This document shows positions 10,059 to 18,782 of a DNA stretch of 64,000 bases, in pieces (the stretch's first letter is position 1; each line of letters starts with the position of its first letter). The notes under the pieces were generated by a model that saw nothing but the letters and a program-made list of their open reading frames with translations, was not told the DNA's origin and made no database searches. This DNA comes from Oscillibacter sp. (GTDB lineage Bacteria > Bacillota > Clostridia > Oscillospirales > Oscillospiraceae). Where the stretch lies: contig JAAWGR010000006.1 in assembly GCA_022795445.1 (NCBI GenBank), positions 4,425 to 68,424 on the forward strand, given 5' to 3'. A program made the translations under genes and the position numbers.

Positions 10059-10949
10059 ATGAAACAACGCAAACTGCTGATGATCGTCAACCCTCGTGCG
10101 GGCCGGAACAAATCCAAAGGGCCGCTGTTTGACGCAGTTTCGATTTTTTCCAACGCGGGATATCTGACTGCTATCCACCAAACCGCCGCTTCCGGCGACG
10201 CGACAGAGACAGTTGTGCGGGAGGGTTCGCAATATGATTTGATTGTGGCGGTAGGAGGTGACGGAACACTCAACGAGGTTGTTTCCGGGCTGATGCAGTT
10301 AAAGAAAAAACGCCCCTTGTTGGGGTATATTGCCCAAGGGAGCACAAATGATTTTGCATCCAGCCTGCGCATTTCCCGGAATCCGGTCTCTGCCGCTACG
10401 GCGATTGCCCGCAATGTTCCCCGCCAGTTGGATGTAGGCCTTTGGAATTTCCGCAGTTTTGTTTATGTGGCTTCTTTTGGGGCTTTCACCCGTAGTTCCT
10501 ATGCTGCGCCCCAGAGCGCCAAAAACGCATTGGGCCATCTGGCCTACATTCTGGAGGGAATGAAGGATCTCAACAGTCTCCGGCCCTATAATATTCGGCT
10601 TACCGCTGATGGAGAGGCCATGGATGGGGAATACCTGTTCGGGGCGGTGTGCAACTCTACCTCCATTGGCGGCTTGATGAAGTTGGACCCGGAGCGGGTT
10701 GTTCTGGATGACGGCTTGTTTGAAATGCTCCTGATTCCCAGTCCCAAGACTGCCGCCGACCTGCAAAATCTGGTTCATGCGATTTTGAACCAGGAATATG
10801 ATAGCCATGGTTTGGTATTCCGGCATGTATCCTCCATCCATCTGGAGACGGATGAGAACCTTCCCTGGTCCTTGGATGGCGAGTATGCCGCCAGTGTGCC
10901 GGTTGTGGATGCGGTGAACTGCCGTTGTGCCTTGACGATGCTGCTATGA
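10059..10949 (+). CDS. Diacylglycerol/lipid kinase, YegS/DagK family
   Basis: Has the GGDGTLNEV motif and an N-terminal KLLMIVNPRAG. GGAGG lies 10 nt upstream of ATG 10059; an alternative ATG is at 10026. Confidence 0.85.
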   Translation: MKQRKLLMIVNPRAGRNKSKGPLFDAVSIFSNAGYLTAIHQTAASGDATETVVREGSQYDLIVAVGGDGTLNEVVSGLMQLKKKRPLLGYIAQGSTNDFASSLRISRNPVSAATAIARNVPRQLDVGLWNFRSFVYVASFGAFTRSSYAAPQSAKNALGHLAYILEGMKDLNSLRPYNIRLTADGEAMDGEYLFGAVCNSTSIGGLMKLDPERVVLDDGLFEMLLIPSPKTAADLQNLVHAILNQEYDSHGLVFRHVSSIHLETDENLPWSLDGEYAASVPVVDAVNCRCALTMLL

Positions 10950-11554
10950 TGGACGGATTGGAAGCATTGACAGGCCGCTTTACAAACCACGAGCCGGGCC
11001 TGTTGGGAGCGAAACAAAGCTATGCTGTCCTTTGTCCGTTGGTGGAACGGGTAGATGGCCTGCACCTGCTGTACGAGGTTCGGGCGTCCAACCTGCGGCA
11101 AGGAGGAGAGGTCTGTTTTCCTGGCGGACGGATGGAGCCAGGCGAGACCCCGGCGGGCTGCGCTCTTCGAGAGACGGAGGAGGAGCTGGCAATCCCCCGC
11201 CAGGAGGTGCGTGTTTTGGGAGCATTGGATTTCATCTGTAACCAACGGGGGTTCTTGCTTCACCCCATCCTGGGAATGGTATCCCCGGCAGGCTTTGCTG
11301 CGATGAAGCCATCTCCGGCGGAGGTGGCGGAGGCGTTCACGGTTCCACTGGTGTTTTTCCAGAAGACGCCGCCGGAAATCTGGGAATACGATCTGACGCC
11401 CCAGGTTCCAGAGAATTTTCCTTATGAAAAGATTGGAGTTTCCCGGAACTATCCATGGTCTGGCGGCCGGGTAGAGGTACCGGTATGGTACTATCAAGGC
11501 CATGCAGTTTGGGGCATGACAGCGCGGATTACAAAATCGCTTTTAACGAATTGA
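10946..11554 (+). CDS. NUDIX hydrolase, CoA pyrophosphatase-like
   Basis: Nudix box GGRMEPGETPAGCALRETEEELAI. The start overlaps the preceding stop codon as ATGA. Confidence 0.8.
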   Translation: MMDGLEALTGRFTNHEPGLLGAKQSYAVLCPLVERVDGLHLLYEVRASNLRQGGEVCFPGGRMEPGETPAGCALRETEEELAIPRQEVRVLGALDFICNQRGFLLHPILGMVSPAGFAAMKPSPAEVAEAFTVPLVFFQKTPPEIWEYDLTPQVPENFPYEKIGVSRNYPWSGGRVEVPVWYYQGHAVWGMTARITKSLLTN

Positions 11555-11695
11555 CAGAAAGGGATAAGCAAATTTGCACAGGTATGTGTAGCCGTCTTAA
11601 AACCTCGTGCCAGGCCGGGAATTTGTATACCAGTGGTCGGGTGGATATAGGGATAGTAACAGCGAAGGGGGAAGAAGGCCGGCAACATCTGTAAA

Positions 11696-11719
11696 GCGCC
11701 GCCGGAAAATCGGCGGCGC
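11696..11719. terminator. Bidirectional terminator between the NUDIX gene and carD
   Basis: Hairpin GCGCCGCCG-GAAAAT-CGGCGGCGC. Confidence 0.65.
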
Positions 11720-11743
11720 TGATTCTGGTAAATTCGATTGTTC

Positions 11744-12274
11744 TCAAGACCCAACTGCGGGGTCAAGGCCATTATCAATCCGGCTGGCGATATAGGGCTG
11801 CACCTCGTCGAAGGGGATCCCTAGGGCGACGGAGAATTCGCCGTACAGCAGCCGCTCGGCCTGCTTCATATAGCGTTCATCCACCATCCCCAGGTGTCGT
11901 TTCTGTGCTTCCACCATCCGTCGTTTGTTATAGATGGATTTCATCATTCCAATCAAATCCCGGCAGTCGCTGCTGCGGACGGCGGACTGATAGTGCTGCG
12001 CTAAGGCCTGGAGGGTCGGTGCGCGGCAGGCGGAGGCGTCGATGGAGGGGATCAGGTCAATAAGTGCTTCTGCTTCTTCGGCGGAAATGACCGGACGCAT
12101 AGGCACCTTGGCATTATCCACCGGGGCATAGATCACACCGTCCTGCTGGAGGGGGCTGAGGCGGTAATACTTTTTGTTTTTGTCAGAGCCTTTTGCTCCT
12201 TCGAGAGCGGAGACGTCTTCCACCCGACAAACACCGGTGGAACCGTAGACAACCATATCTCCTGGCTGAAACAT
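11744..12274 (-). CDS. CarD/CdnL family RNA polymerase-binding transcription regulator
   Basis: 176 aa. The N-terminus (MFQPGDMVVYGSTGVCRVEDV) matches the CarD_CdnL_TRCF domain. Confidence 0.85.
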   Translation of the reverse strand: MFQPGDMVVYGSTGVCRVEDVSALEGAKGSDKNKKYYRLSPLQQDGVIYAPVDNAKVPMRPVISAEEAEALIDLIPSIDASACRAPTLQALAQHYQSAVRSSDCRDLIGMMKSIYNKRRMVEAQKRHLGMVDERYMKQAERLLYGEFSVALGIPFDEVQPYIASRIDNGLDPAVGS

Positions 12275-12487
12275 GAAACGGGACCTCCTTCATCCATCAA
12301 ATTGCGCGGCTCCAATTACGGATTCTGCCAGGATTCCGCGCTATACCCATAGTTTACCACATTTTTAATAAAAAATGTAAGAGAAAATTTGCACAAGAGT
12401 ACATTTTTTCGTTGGAAACGCTAAATTGAGCTGCATTTTGATGGATAAATTTGGTGAAAAAGACGCTCTTTTTGCTTGCGGGTGGAT

Positions 12488-12904
12488 TTATTTTTCTTTT
12501 TTAAAGGTAAGATAGCCGTCCAAAATCAGGGAGGCAGCCACAGCGTCCACGATTTTCTTCCGTTTTTTAGCATTTTTCCCAGTGTTCAATAAAATTTGGT
12601 GTGCGTCGATCGTTGTACGACGCTCGTCCCAAAGGATAACGGGCAATCTGGCCGTATTTCGCAAAAGTTCCGCGAAATCTTCCGCCTTCTTGGCCCGAGG
12701 GCCGAAGGTACCATCCATGTTCAGGGGATGACCCAACACCAATTCTTCTACTCCGTGCTCTTCCGCCAATTCCGCAACACGTTCCGCGACAACCTCTGGA
12801 CGGTAGGCGGTGATGGTGGTTGTAAAGCCTGTAAGGAAGCCGGTGGGGTCGGAGATGGCGATACCGGTGTGGGCATCGCCGTAGTCGATCGCCATGATAC
12901 GCAT
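12488..12904 (-). CDS. ruvX: Putative pre-16S rRNA nuclease / Holliday junction resolvase-like YqgF
   Basis: 138 aa with IMAIDYGDAHTGIAISD at the N-terminus and DERRTT, both typical of YqgF/RuvX. Confidence 0.9.
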   Translation of the reverse strand: MRIMAIDYGDAHTGIAISDPTGFLTGFTTTITAYRPEVVAERVAELAEEHGVEELVLGHPLNMDGTFGPRAKKAEDFAELLRNTARLPVILWDERRTTIDAHQILLNTGKNAKKRKKIVDAVAASLILDGYLTFKKEK

Positions 12905-12924
12905 AAGGGTTGCCTCGCTTTCGT

Positions 12925-13665
12925 TTATCCATTTTCCGCTGGAGGGGAGAAATCTTTTTCGACTGGGTAGGAATCTTCATCGGAAAAATGCCACCATTCT
13001 CCTGCGTAGGGCTGGAAGCCGCAGGCAGACATAACATCCTCCAGAAAACGGGCGTGTTCAGCGGCATTCTGCGGTACGTCGCTGTAGTCCCGGTCTGCCA
13101 GCAGAGAGAAGTCGTCGAAACTGCTGGGCATTTCCACTGTTCCGCCGTCGAAGCTGAGCAATGTCAGGTCAACTGTATTGCCGCGGCTGTGGGAGGAAAA
13201 TCCTTTGTTCGGATTGGCAATGTAGGTTGAATTCGGGCAGACCTCCCAGAGGCGGAACTGGGCCTCTATGGGCCGGAAGGCGTCCCAGATCAAGAGGGTG
13301 TATCCCTCTGGTTCCAGGCGATCCAGGACGGCAGCCAGTTTTTCCACCGTACCATAGCGAAGCCACGCATCGGTAAAATCATAGATGACGCAGCCAGTAA
13401 AATTATCTTCGGATGCATAACGCAAATCTGTTTCAATGTTCGGAAGCCAATCCTGAACGCGTACAAATTCTTCAGGCGACGGCAGCGGTTCTAGCGGGGG
13501 AACTGGTTCCGGTTCTGGTTCGGGAACTGGCACAGGTTCTGGAAGGGACTCCGAAACTTGTGCCGCTTCTGTTGGGACCTCTGGCGCGGAAACAGGAGGT
13601 GCAGTGGGTACAGCGCAGCTGGCCAGCAGAAAAAATACCAGTAAACACAACCAGAGCCGGTGCAT
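12925..13665 (-). CDS. Exported M15 family D-alanyl-D-alanine dipeptidase (VanX/DdpX-like) lipoprotein
   Basis: Signal peptide with lipobox LLASC, then a Pro/Glu-rich linker (PEPVPVPEPEPEPVPP). The M15D catalytic motifs SSHSRGNTVDLTL and EWWHF are present. Confidence 0.8.
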   Translation of the reverse strand: MHRLWLCLLVFFLLASCAVPTAPPVSAPEVPTEAAQVSESLPEPVPVPEPEPEPVPPLEPLPSPEEFVRVQDWLPNIETDLRYASEDNFTGCVIYDFTDAWLRYGTVEKLAAVLDRLEPEGYTLLIWDAFRPIEAQFRLWEVCPNSTYIANPNKGFSSHSRGNTVDLTLLSFDGGTVEMPSSFDDFSLLADRDYSDVPQNAAEHARFLEDVMSACGFQPYAGEWWHFSDEDSYPVEKDFSPPAENG

Positions 13666-13781
13666 GAAAACCCCTTCTTTGCGGATAAGATATTCTTATT
13701 GTAGCACATTGAAAAGGCCTTGGCAACTGAAGCGGCTTATGATACATTGGATACAAAAACGGGAAAAGTTGAAAAAATAGT

Positions 13782-13810
13782 TTGACAACAGCGAATCTAT
13801 CCCTTATAAT
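13782..13810 (+). promoter_or_regulatory. SigA-type promoter for yceD-rpmF
   Basis: TTGACA, a 17-nt spacer, then TATAAT, ending 27 nt upstream of the yceD start. Confidence 0.6.
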
Positions 13811-13837
13811 AGCACGTGTGTCATTGCGAGGTAGTTT

Positions 13838-14317
13838 ATGCTGTTGGATGTAAGACCAATTTTATATGCGCCTGGTAAACGCTTGGCGTTCCAGTTTGAG
13901 ATGGACTTGTCTGACGCGGATATTTCCCAGCCGGTTGCGGTGGAGGGGATGGTGCGGAATACGGCTGGCCTGTTGGAGCTGGAGCTGGAGGCGCGGGCTG
14001 TGTTGAACTTGACCTGCGACCGCTGTGGAAAGGCGTTTTCGCGGGAAAAGGCAATCCTCTATCGCTGTACGCTGGCGGAGGAAGTCCAAAATGAGGACAG
14101 CGACGAGATCGTTTTGCTGGAGGATGGCAAGGTAGATGTAGGAGACTTGGCCCGGACAGCGTTCATCCTCGGTTTGGACACGAAAAACCTGTGTTCAGAA
14201 GATTGCAAAGGACTGTGCCCCCGGTGCGGCGCCGATTGGAATCTCGGCCCCTGCTCCTGTAAAAAGGAACCAGACCCCCGGCTGGCGGCTCTTGGCAAAC
14301 TCTTGGAGAACAAATAA
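13838..14317 (+). CDS. yceD: YceD/DUF177 family ribosome-maturation-associated protein
   Basis: 159 aa with C-terminal cysteine pairs (CDRCG ... CKGLCPRCG). It sits immediately upstream of rpmF, which is the conserved arrangement. Confidence 0.85.
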   Translation: MLLDVRPILYAPGKRLAFQFEMDLSDADISQPVAVEGMVRNTAGLLELELEARAVLNLTCDRCGKAFSREKAILYRCTLAEEVQNEDSDEIVLLEDGKVDVGDLARTAFILGLDTKNLCSEDCKGLCPRCGADWNLGPCSCKKEPDPRLAALGKLLENK

Positions 14318-14375
14318 AGACCAAAGAAGGACGGGATCACACCTGGGCCTTTTGTATGAATAAGGAGGTGTCAAA

Positions 14376-14570
14376 ATGGCAGTACCCAAGGGGAAGGTAT
14401 CCAAAGCAAGACGGGACAAACGGCGCAGTTCTACCTGGAAGCTGGCAGCGCCCAATCTGGTCGTGTGCCCGAAATGCGGTGCTATGCACCTGCCTCATAG
14501 AATGTGCCGCGAGTGCGGTACTTACAACGGTCGGGAAATCAAGGTTGTAAAATCCGTCGTCTCGAAATAA
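14376..14570 (+). CDS. rpmF: 50S ribosomal protein L32
   Basis: MAVPKGKVSKARRDKRR... with CPKCG...CRECG. RBS AAGGAGG lies upstream. Confidence 0.95.
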   Translation: MAVPKGKVSKARRDKRRSSTWKLAAPNLVVCPKCGAMHLPHRMCRECGTYNGREIKVVKSVVSK

Positions 14571-14583
14571 GATTGCTTTGGAA

Positions 14584-14620
14584 AGAGGGGAAGCTTTGCT
14601 TCCCCTCTTTTTCTTTTTGC
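14584..14620 (+). terminator. Rho-independent terminator after rpmF
   Basis: Stem AGAGGGGAAG / CTTCCCCTCT followed by TTTTTCTTTTT. Confidence 0.8.
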
Positions 14621-14638
14621 TGAATTACAAAACTCCTC

Positions 14639-14667
14639 TTGACAAACGGTTTCTATGTGTCTATACT
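14639..14667 (+). promoter_or_regulatory. SigA-type promoter for the GntR-ABC operon
   Basis: TTGACA, a 17-nt spacer, then TATACT. Confidence 0.55.
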
Positions 14668-14723
14668 GTGCTTATCGAACCGGTACGATTATTACAGAAA
14701 GCACAAATGAAAGGAGAGGGTAC

Positions 14724-15101
14724 ATGGAAATTTTAATCAGCAACAGCAGCGGTAAGCCGATCTATGAACAAATCTGCCAACAGATCAAGAGTCAAATCAT
14801 GGACGGTACGCTGTCTGCTGGGGAGGCCCTGCCCTCCATGCGGGCACTAGCGCGGGATTTACATTTAAGCGTAATCACTGTGCAGAGAGCTTACGAAGAT
14901 TTGACCCGAGATGGGTTTATCGAAACCGTTTCTGGAAAGGGCAGCTTTGTTGCTGCGCAAAACCGGGAGTTCATCCAGGAGGAACAGCTGCGGATTGCCG
15001 AAGAACTGCTGCAAAAGGCAGCCAGTATTGGCCGGACCCATGGGATTCCGCTGGAACAGCTGCAAAAAATCCTCAAGTTATTTTATGAAGAAGGAGATTG
15101 A
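14724..15101 (+). CDS. GntR family transcriptional regulator, short YtrA subfamily
   Basis: About 125 aa with a winged-HTH region (PSMRALARDLHLSVITVQRAYEDL) and only a short C-terminal helical region. ATG 14724 is preceded by AAGGAGAGGG. Confidence 0.85.
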   Translation: MEILISNSSGKPIYEQICQQIKSQIMDGTLSAGEALPSMRALARDLHLSVITVQRAYEDLTRDGFIETVSGKGSFVAAQNREFIQEEQLRIAEELLQKAASIGRTHGIPLEQLQKILKLFYEEGD

Positions 15102-15967
15102 ACGTTATGGATGACAACAACATTTTGGTTCAGGGTCTGTGCAAGCGCTTCGACGGCTTTATGCTGAAGGATGTATCCTTCTGTGTGCCAAAGGGCCGGA
15201 TCGTCGGGTTTATCGGCGAGAACGGCGCGGGCAAAAGTACCACTATCAACTTGATTTTGAACGAGCTGAAAAAGGACGCAGGAGAAGTGACGGTTTTTGG
15301 TCGGGACCACACAGACCCGACGATCAAGAACGAGATTGGTGTGGTTTTTGACGCATGCAACTTTCATGAGGTGTTTACCGTCAAGGATGTGGAGCGCGTT
15401 CTTTCCGGGGTTTATCCTACTTGGGACAATGCGCTTTTCCAGGAGTACTTGGAGCGTTTCCAGCTTCCCTATCGAAGGACGATCAAGTCTTTTTCCAAAG
15501 GGATGAAGATGAAATTATCCATTGTCTGCGCCCTGGCGCACCATCCGCGGCTGTTGATCCTTGATGAGGCGACCGCCGGCTTGGACCCAGTTGTCCGGGA
15601 TGAGATTCTGGATTTGCTGCTGGATTTTTTACAGGATGAGGAGCATTCGGTGTTTTTCTCCTCCCATATCACATCAGACATCCAGAAGGTCGCCGACTAT
15701 GTGGTGCTGATTCATCAGGGACAGATTGTGTTCGAGGAAGAAAAGGATACCCTGCTGGACCGTTATGGGATCCTTCGCTGCGGCCGGAGCACTGTCCTGG
15801 AGCCGAAGGACTACATCGTCCGCCGAGAGACGGGCGTAAGCGTAGAGTACCTTGTCTGTGACCGTGCGGCAGCGGGGAAGAAGTACCCAAAAGCGGTGGC
15901 GGACGCCGCTTCGCTGGAAGATATCATGTTGTTCTACATCAAGGGGGATGCATCATGCGAGGAATAA
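15098..15967 (+). CDS. ABC transporter ATP-binding protein
   Basis: Walker A GENGAGKST, a signature-like FSKGMKMK, and Walker B LLILDEATAGLD. The start overlaps the regulator's stop by 4 nt. Confidence 0.9.
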   Translation: MNVMDDNNILVQGLCKRFDGFMLKDVSFCVPKGRIVGFIGENGAGKSTTINLILNELKKDAGEVTVFGRDHTDPTIKNEIGVVFDACNFHEVFTVKDVERVLSGVYPTWDNALFQEYLERFQLPYRRTIKSFSKGMKMKLSIVCALAHHPRLLILDEATAGLDPVVRDEILDLLLDFLQDEEHSVFFSSHITSDIQKVADYVVLIHQGQIVFEEEKDTLLDRYGILRCGRSTVLEPKDYIVRRETGVSVEYLVCDRAAAGKKYPKAVADAASLEDIMLFYIKGDASCEE

Positions 15968-16614
15968 TTTATAAGGACGTATGCTTGTTTTTCAAAGGCC
16001 TGGATAAGCGTATTTTTATACTGGCAGGGGTAGTTGTTGTTTTGTTAGTAGTGTCCAACGGCGCCATTGCGGGGTTGATGATATCCATCATGTTGGCAAT
16101 GGCAGTAGGAATGCAACATGTGTTGACCTTTTCCGTGGAGGATAAGGCGGAATGGGAGAAGTACCTGCATACCATGCCTGTCCAGAGCGGGCAAGTGATT
16201 GCGGGAAAATATGCGGCGGTAATCGTAACGCTGCTAGTGAGCATTATTGGAAGCCTGCTGTGTAACCTTATTGTTTCCGCGGTTTACCAAACGTTCAGCC
16301 TGCCGATGTTAGAACTTTCAATTGTGTGCGCGGTTGCCGTACCGTTATGTTGGACGGCAGTAAGCCTCCCAGCGTGCTATTGGTTTGGCTTCCAGACAGC
16401 GCAGTATGTGGGCATTGTGTTGCTTTTCCCGATTTTTTATACAGTTAAATATTTTGAGGACAGTCCAAACGGTTTTCCACTGAATCTTTCAATTGCGCAG
16501 TATGTGCCGTTTGCAGCGGCTTGTGTTGCTGCATTGTTTGCAGCGTCCTATTTGGTCAGCCTAGCGGGTTATCTATGGCGCGTAGGGAGCTTTTCGCGGA
16601 AGAAACATGCTTAA
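15955..16614 (+). CDS. ABC-2 type transporter permease
   Basis: 219-aa protein with about 6 TM helices, overlapping the ATPase gene by 13 nt. This is the usual third gene of YtrA-type modules. Confidence 0.7.
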   Translation: MRGIIYKDVCLFFKGLDKRIFILAGVVVVLLVVSNGAIAGLMISIMLAMAVGMQHVLTFSVEDKAEWEKYLHTMPVQSGQVIAGKYAAVIVTLLVSIIGSLLCNLIVSAVYQTFSLPMLELSIVCAVAVPLCWTAVSLPACYWFGFQTAQYVGIVLLFPIFYTVKYFEDSPNGFPLNLSIAQYVPFAAACVAALFAASYLVSLAGYLWRVGSFSRKKHA

Positions 16615-16616
16615 AA

Positions 16617-16644
16617 AGATGGAGGCTTTCGCCTCCGTCTTTTG
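16617..16644 (+). terminator. Rho-independent terminator after the ABC operon
   Basis: Stem AGATGGAGGC-TTTC-GCCTCCGTCT followed by TTTT. Confidence 0.6.
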
Positions 16645-16664
16645 CTGCTGCGGAAAGATTTTCC

Positions 16665-16693
16665 TTGCGCCCAAAGCCCATCCCGGTTATAAT
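16665..16693 (+). promoter_or_regulatory. Candidate SigA-type promoter for der-plsY-gpsA
   Basis: TTGCGC, a 17-nt spacer, then TATAAT. Confidence 0.45.
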
Positions 16694-16764
16694 AACAAAT
16701 AGTTTATTGTTTCACGTGTTGTTAAAAGAGACGGTGCACACTGCGCCGACGGGAGGAACGTATC

Positions 16765-18096
16765 ATGCCAAAACCTATCATCGCCATCGTGGGTCGTCCC
16801 AACGTGGGGAAGTCCATGTTGTTCAATAAACTGATTGGAAAACGCCTATCCATCGTCGAGGATACCCCCGGCGTTACACGGGACCGAATCTATGGGGAAA
16901 GCGACTGGAACGGACGCGCCTTTACCTTAGTGGATACCGGCGGCATTGAACCGCGGACGGACAATCAAATCTTAGAGTTCATGCGGGAGCAGGCGCAGAT
17001 CGCGATTGATACCGCGACAGTGATCGTGTTCCTGACGGATATCCGCACCGGCCTGACGGCTTCGGACCATGAAGTCGCAAACCTCTTGCTCCGCAGTGGA
17101 AAGCCGATTGTGCTGGCGGTAAATAAAATGGATTCCATCGGCGCGCCGGACCCGGATTTCTATGAGTTTTACAATCTGGGATTGGGCGACCCTGTCGCCG
17201 TTTCTGCTGTCCACGGCCATGGTACCGGCGACTTGCTGGACGCATGCGTAGAGCACTTTCCGCCCGAGGGGGAGGAGGAATCGGAGGATGACGCCATCAA
17301 GGTTGCGGTCATCGGCAAGCCGAACGCAGGTAAGTCCTCGCTGGTTAATAAAATCTTGGGCGAAAACCGTATGATTGTCTCTGATGTCGCGGGTACCACC
17401 CGGGACGCGATTGATTCACGGTTTGAAAACGGCAAAGGCAAGTTTGTGTTTATTGATACCGCTGGACTGCGCAAAAAATCCCGAGTTGAGGAAAATATTG
17501 AGAAATATAGTGTTTTGCGAGCAGTCATGGCAATCGAACGCGCCGACGTGTGCCTGATCATGATTGATGCAACAGAGGGTGTTACCGAACAGGATACCAA
17601 AGTTGCGGGAATGGCACATGAAGCTGGGAAAGCCAGCATTATTGTTGTGAACAAGTGGGATTTAGTGACGAAAGACGGCAAAACCATGGATCGTATGCGG
17701 GAGGAAGTCCGCCAAGGCCTGGCGTTTATGACATATGCACCGGTTTTGTTTATCTCCGCTAAGACCGGACAGCGAGTGGATCGGCTTTTTGAGCTGATTG
17801 ATTATGTCTCGAACCAGGCCAGCACCCGGATTACGACCGGGATGCTGAATGAAGTTCTGGCGGACGCCCAAGCGCGGGTACAGCCCCCGACGGACAAGGG
17901 GCGGCGGCTGAAAATCTATTACATGACGCAGGTTGGTATCCGGCCGCCGCATTATGTGATTTTCTGCAACGACTCCAGGTTGTTCCACTTTTCCTACCAG
18001 CGCTATCTGGAAAACTGCATCCGTAACACCTTTGGCCTGGAAGGTACGCCCATCCGGATTTCTATTCGCCAAAAGGGCGAAAAGGAGGGATCATGA
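16765..18096 (+). CDS. der: Ribosome biogenesis GTPase Der (EngA)
   Basis: Two tandem G domains (GRPNVGKS and GKPNAGKS, each with DTGG/DTAG and NKxD) plus a KH-like C-terminus. Confidence 0.95.
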   Translation: MPKPIIAIVGRPNVGKSMLFNKLIGKRLSIVEDTPGVTRDRIYGESDWNGRAFTLVDTGGIEPRTDNQILEFMREQAQIAIDTATVIVFLTDIRTGLTASDHEVANLLLRSGKPIVLAVNKMDSIGAPDPDFYEFYNLGLGDPVAVSAVHGHGTGDLLDACVEHFPPEGEEESEDDAIKVAVIGKPNAGKSSLVNKILGENRMIVSDVAGTTRDAIDSRFENGKGKFVFIDTAGLRKKSRVEENIEKYSVLRAVMAIERADVCLIMIDATEGVTEQDTKVAGMAHEAGKASIIVVNKWDLVTKDGKTMDRMREEVRQGLAFMTYAPVLFISAKTGQRVDRLFELIDYVSNQASTRITTGMLNEVLADAQARVQPPTDKGRRLKIYYMTQVGIRPPHYVIFCNDSRLFHFSYQRYLENCIRNTFGLEGTPIRISIRQKGEKEGS

Positions 18097-18782
18097 TGTC
18101 GCTGTTTGTTATGCAGAGGCTGCAATTTATCATCGCCGCTGTGATTGCTTACTTCTGCGGCTGCTTTAACGGGGCTGTAATCGTTTCCAAATATATCCTG
18201 CGGGACGATGTGCGGAACCATGGCAGCGGCAACGCGGGGCTGACGAATTTTCACCGCACGTTCGGCGGGGCGCTGACGCTTGTTGTAATTTTGTGCGATG
18301 TATTGAAAGCGGTTGTGGCGCTGTTGGCAGCGGTATGGCTGTCCCGCTTTTATCAGACAGGGATTGGAATCGAAGCCTTACAGCCATCCCCAGAGTTTAC
18401 AGCGATCATATTCCAATATTGGGCGGCGCTGTTCTGCCTGTTAGGGCATATGTTCCCCTGTATGTTCCATTTCAAAGGCGGTAAGGGAATTCTCTCCGGC
18501 GGCACAATTGCGATCATGATTGACTGGAGAATTGCGCTGGTGGTTTGGGGAGGTTTCCTGGTTTTGGCCATTTTGACCCGTTATGTCTCCCTTGGTTCGT
18601 TGTGGGCAGGGGCCAGCTTCCCATTTGTAAGTTGGTATCAATATCCAGACATCAGGATTATCATTTTAGCATTTCTTTGCGGCGGCTTAGTAGTCTGGCA
18701 GCACCGCGCAAATATCAAACGATTGCTGAACGGCACAGAAAACAAGTTCAGTTTGCACAAGAAGAAGGAGGGGAAGACGTGA
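18093..18782 (+). CDS. plsY: Glycerol-3-phosphate acyltransferase PlsY
   Basis: Membrane protein with the GSGNAGLTN and FKGGKG motifs. The start overlaps the der stop as ATGA. Confidence 0.9.
   Translation: MMSLFVMQRLQFIIAAVIAYFCGCFNGAVIVSKYILRDDVRNHGSGNAGLTNFHRTFGGALTLVVILCDVLKAVVALLAAVWLSRFYQTGIGIEALQPSPEFTAIIFQYWAALFCLLGHMFPCMFHFKGGKGILSGGTIAIMIDWRIALVVWGGFLVLAILTRYVSLGSLWAGASFPFVSWYQYPDIRIIILAFLCGGLVVWQHRANIKRLLNGTENKFSLHKKKEGKT

Noticed and set aside
9927-10232. 102-codon N-terminal extension of the AI-2E transporter ORF.
   Set aside because: The extension crosses the divergent promoter region and overlaps the dagK start. Its sequence is not membrane-protein-like, and ATG 9926 has an RBS and begins the first TM helix region.
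13500-13560. Short GTTCCGGTTCTGGTTCGGGAACTGG-type periodicity that might be read as a tandem DNA repeat.
   Set aside because: It is simply the coding sequence (minus strand) for the PEPVPVPEPEPEP linker of the lipoprotein. It is not an independent repeat or a CRISPR-like array.
18545-18778. 78-codon N-terminal extension of gpsA in the ORF track.
   Set aside because: The extension lies entirely inside plsY in another frame. The Rossmann fold begins right at GTG 18779, which overlaps the plsY stop.
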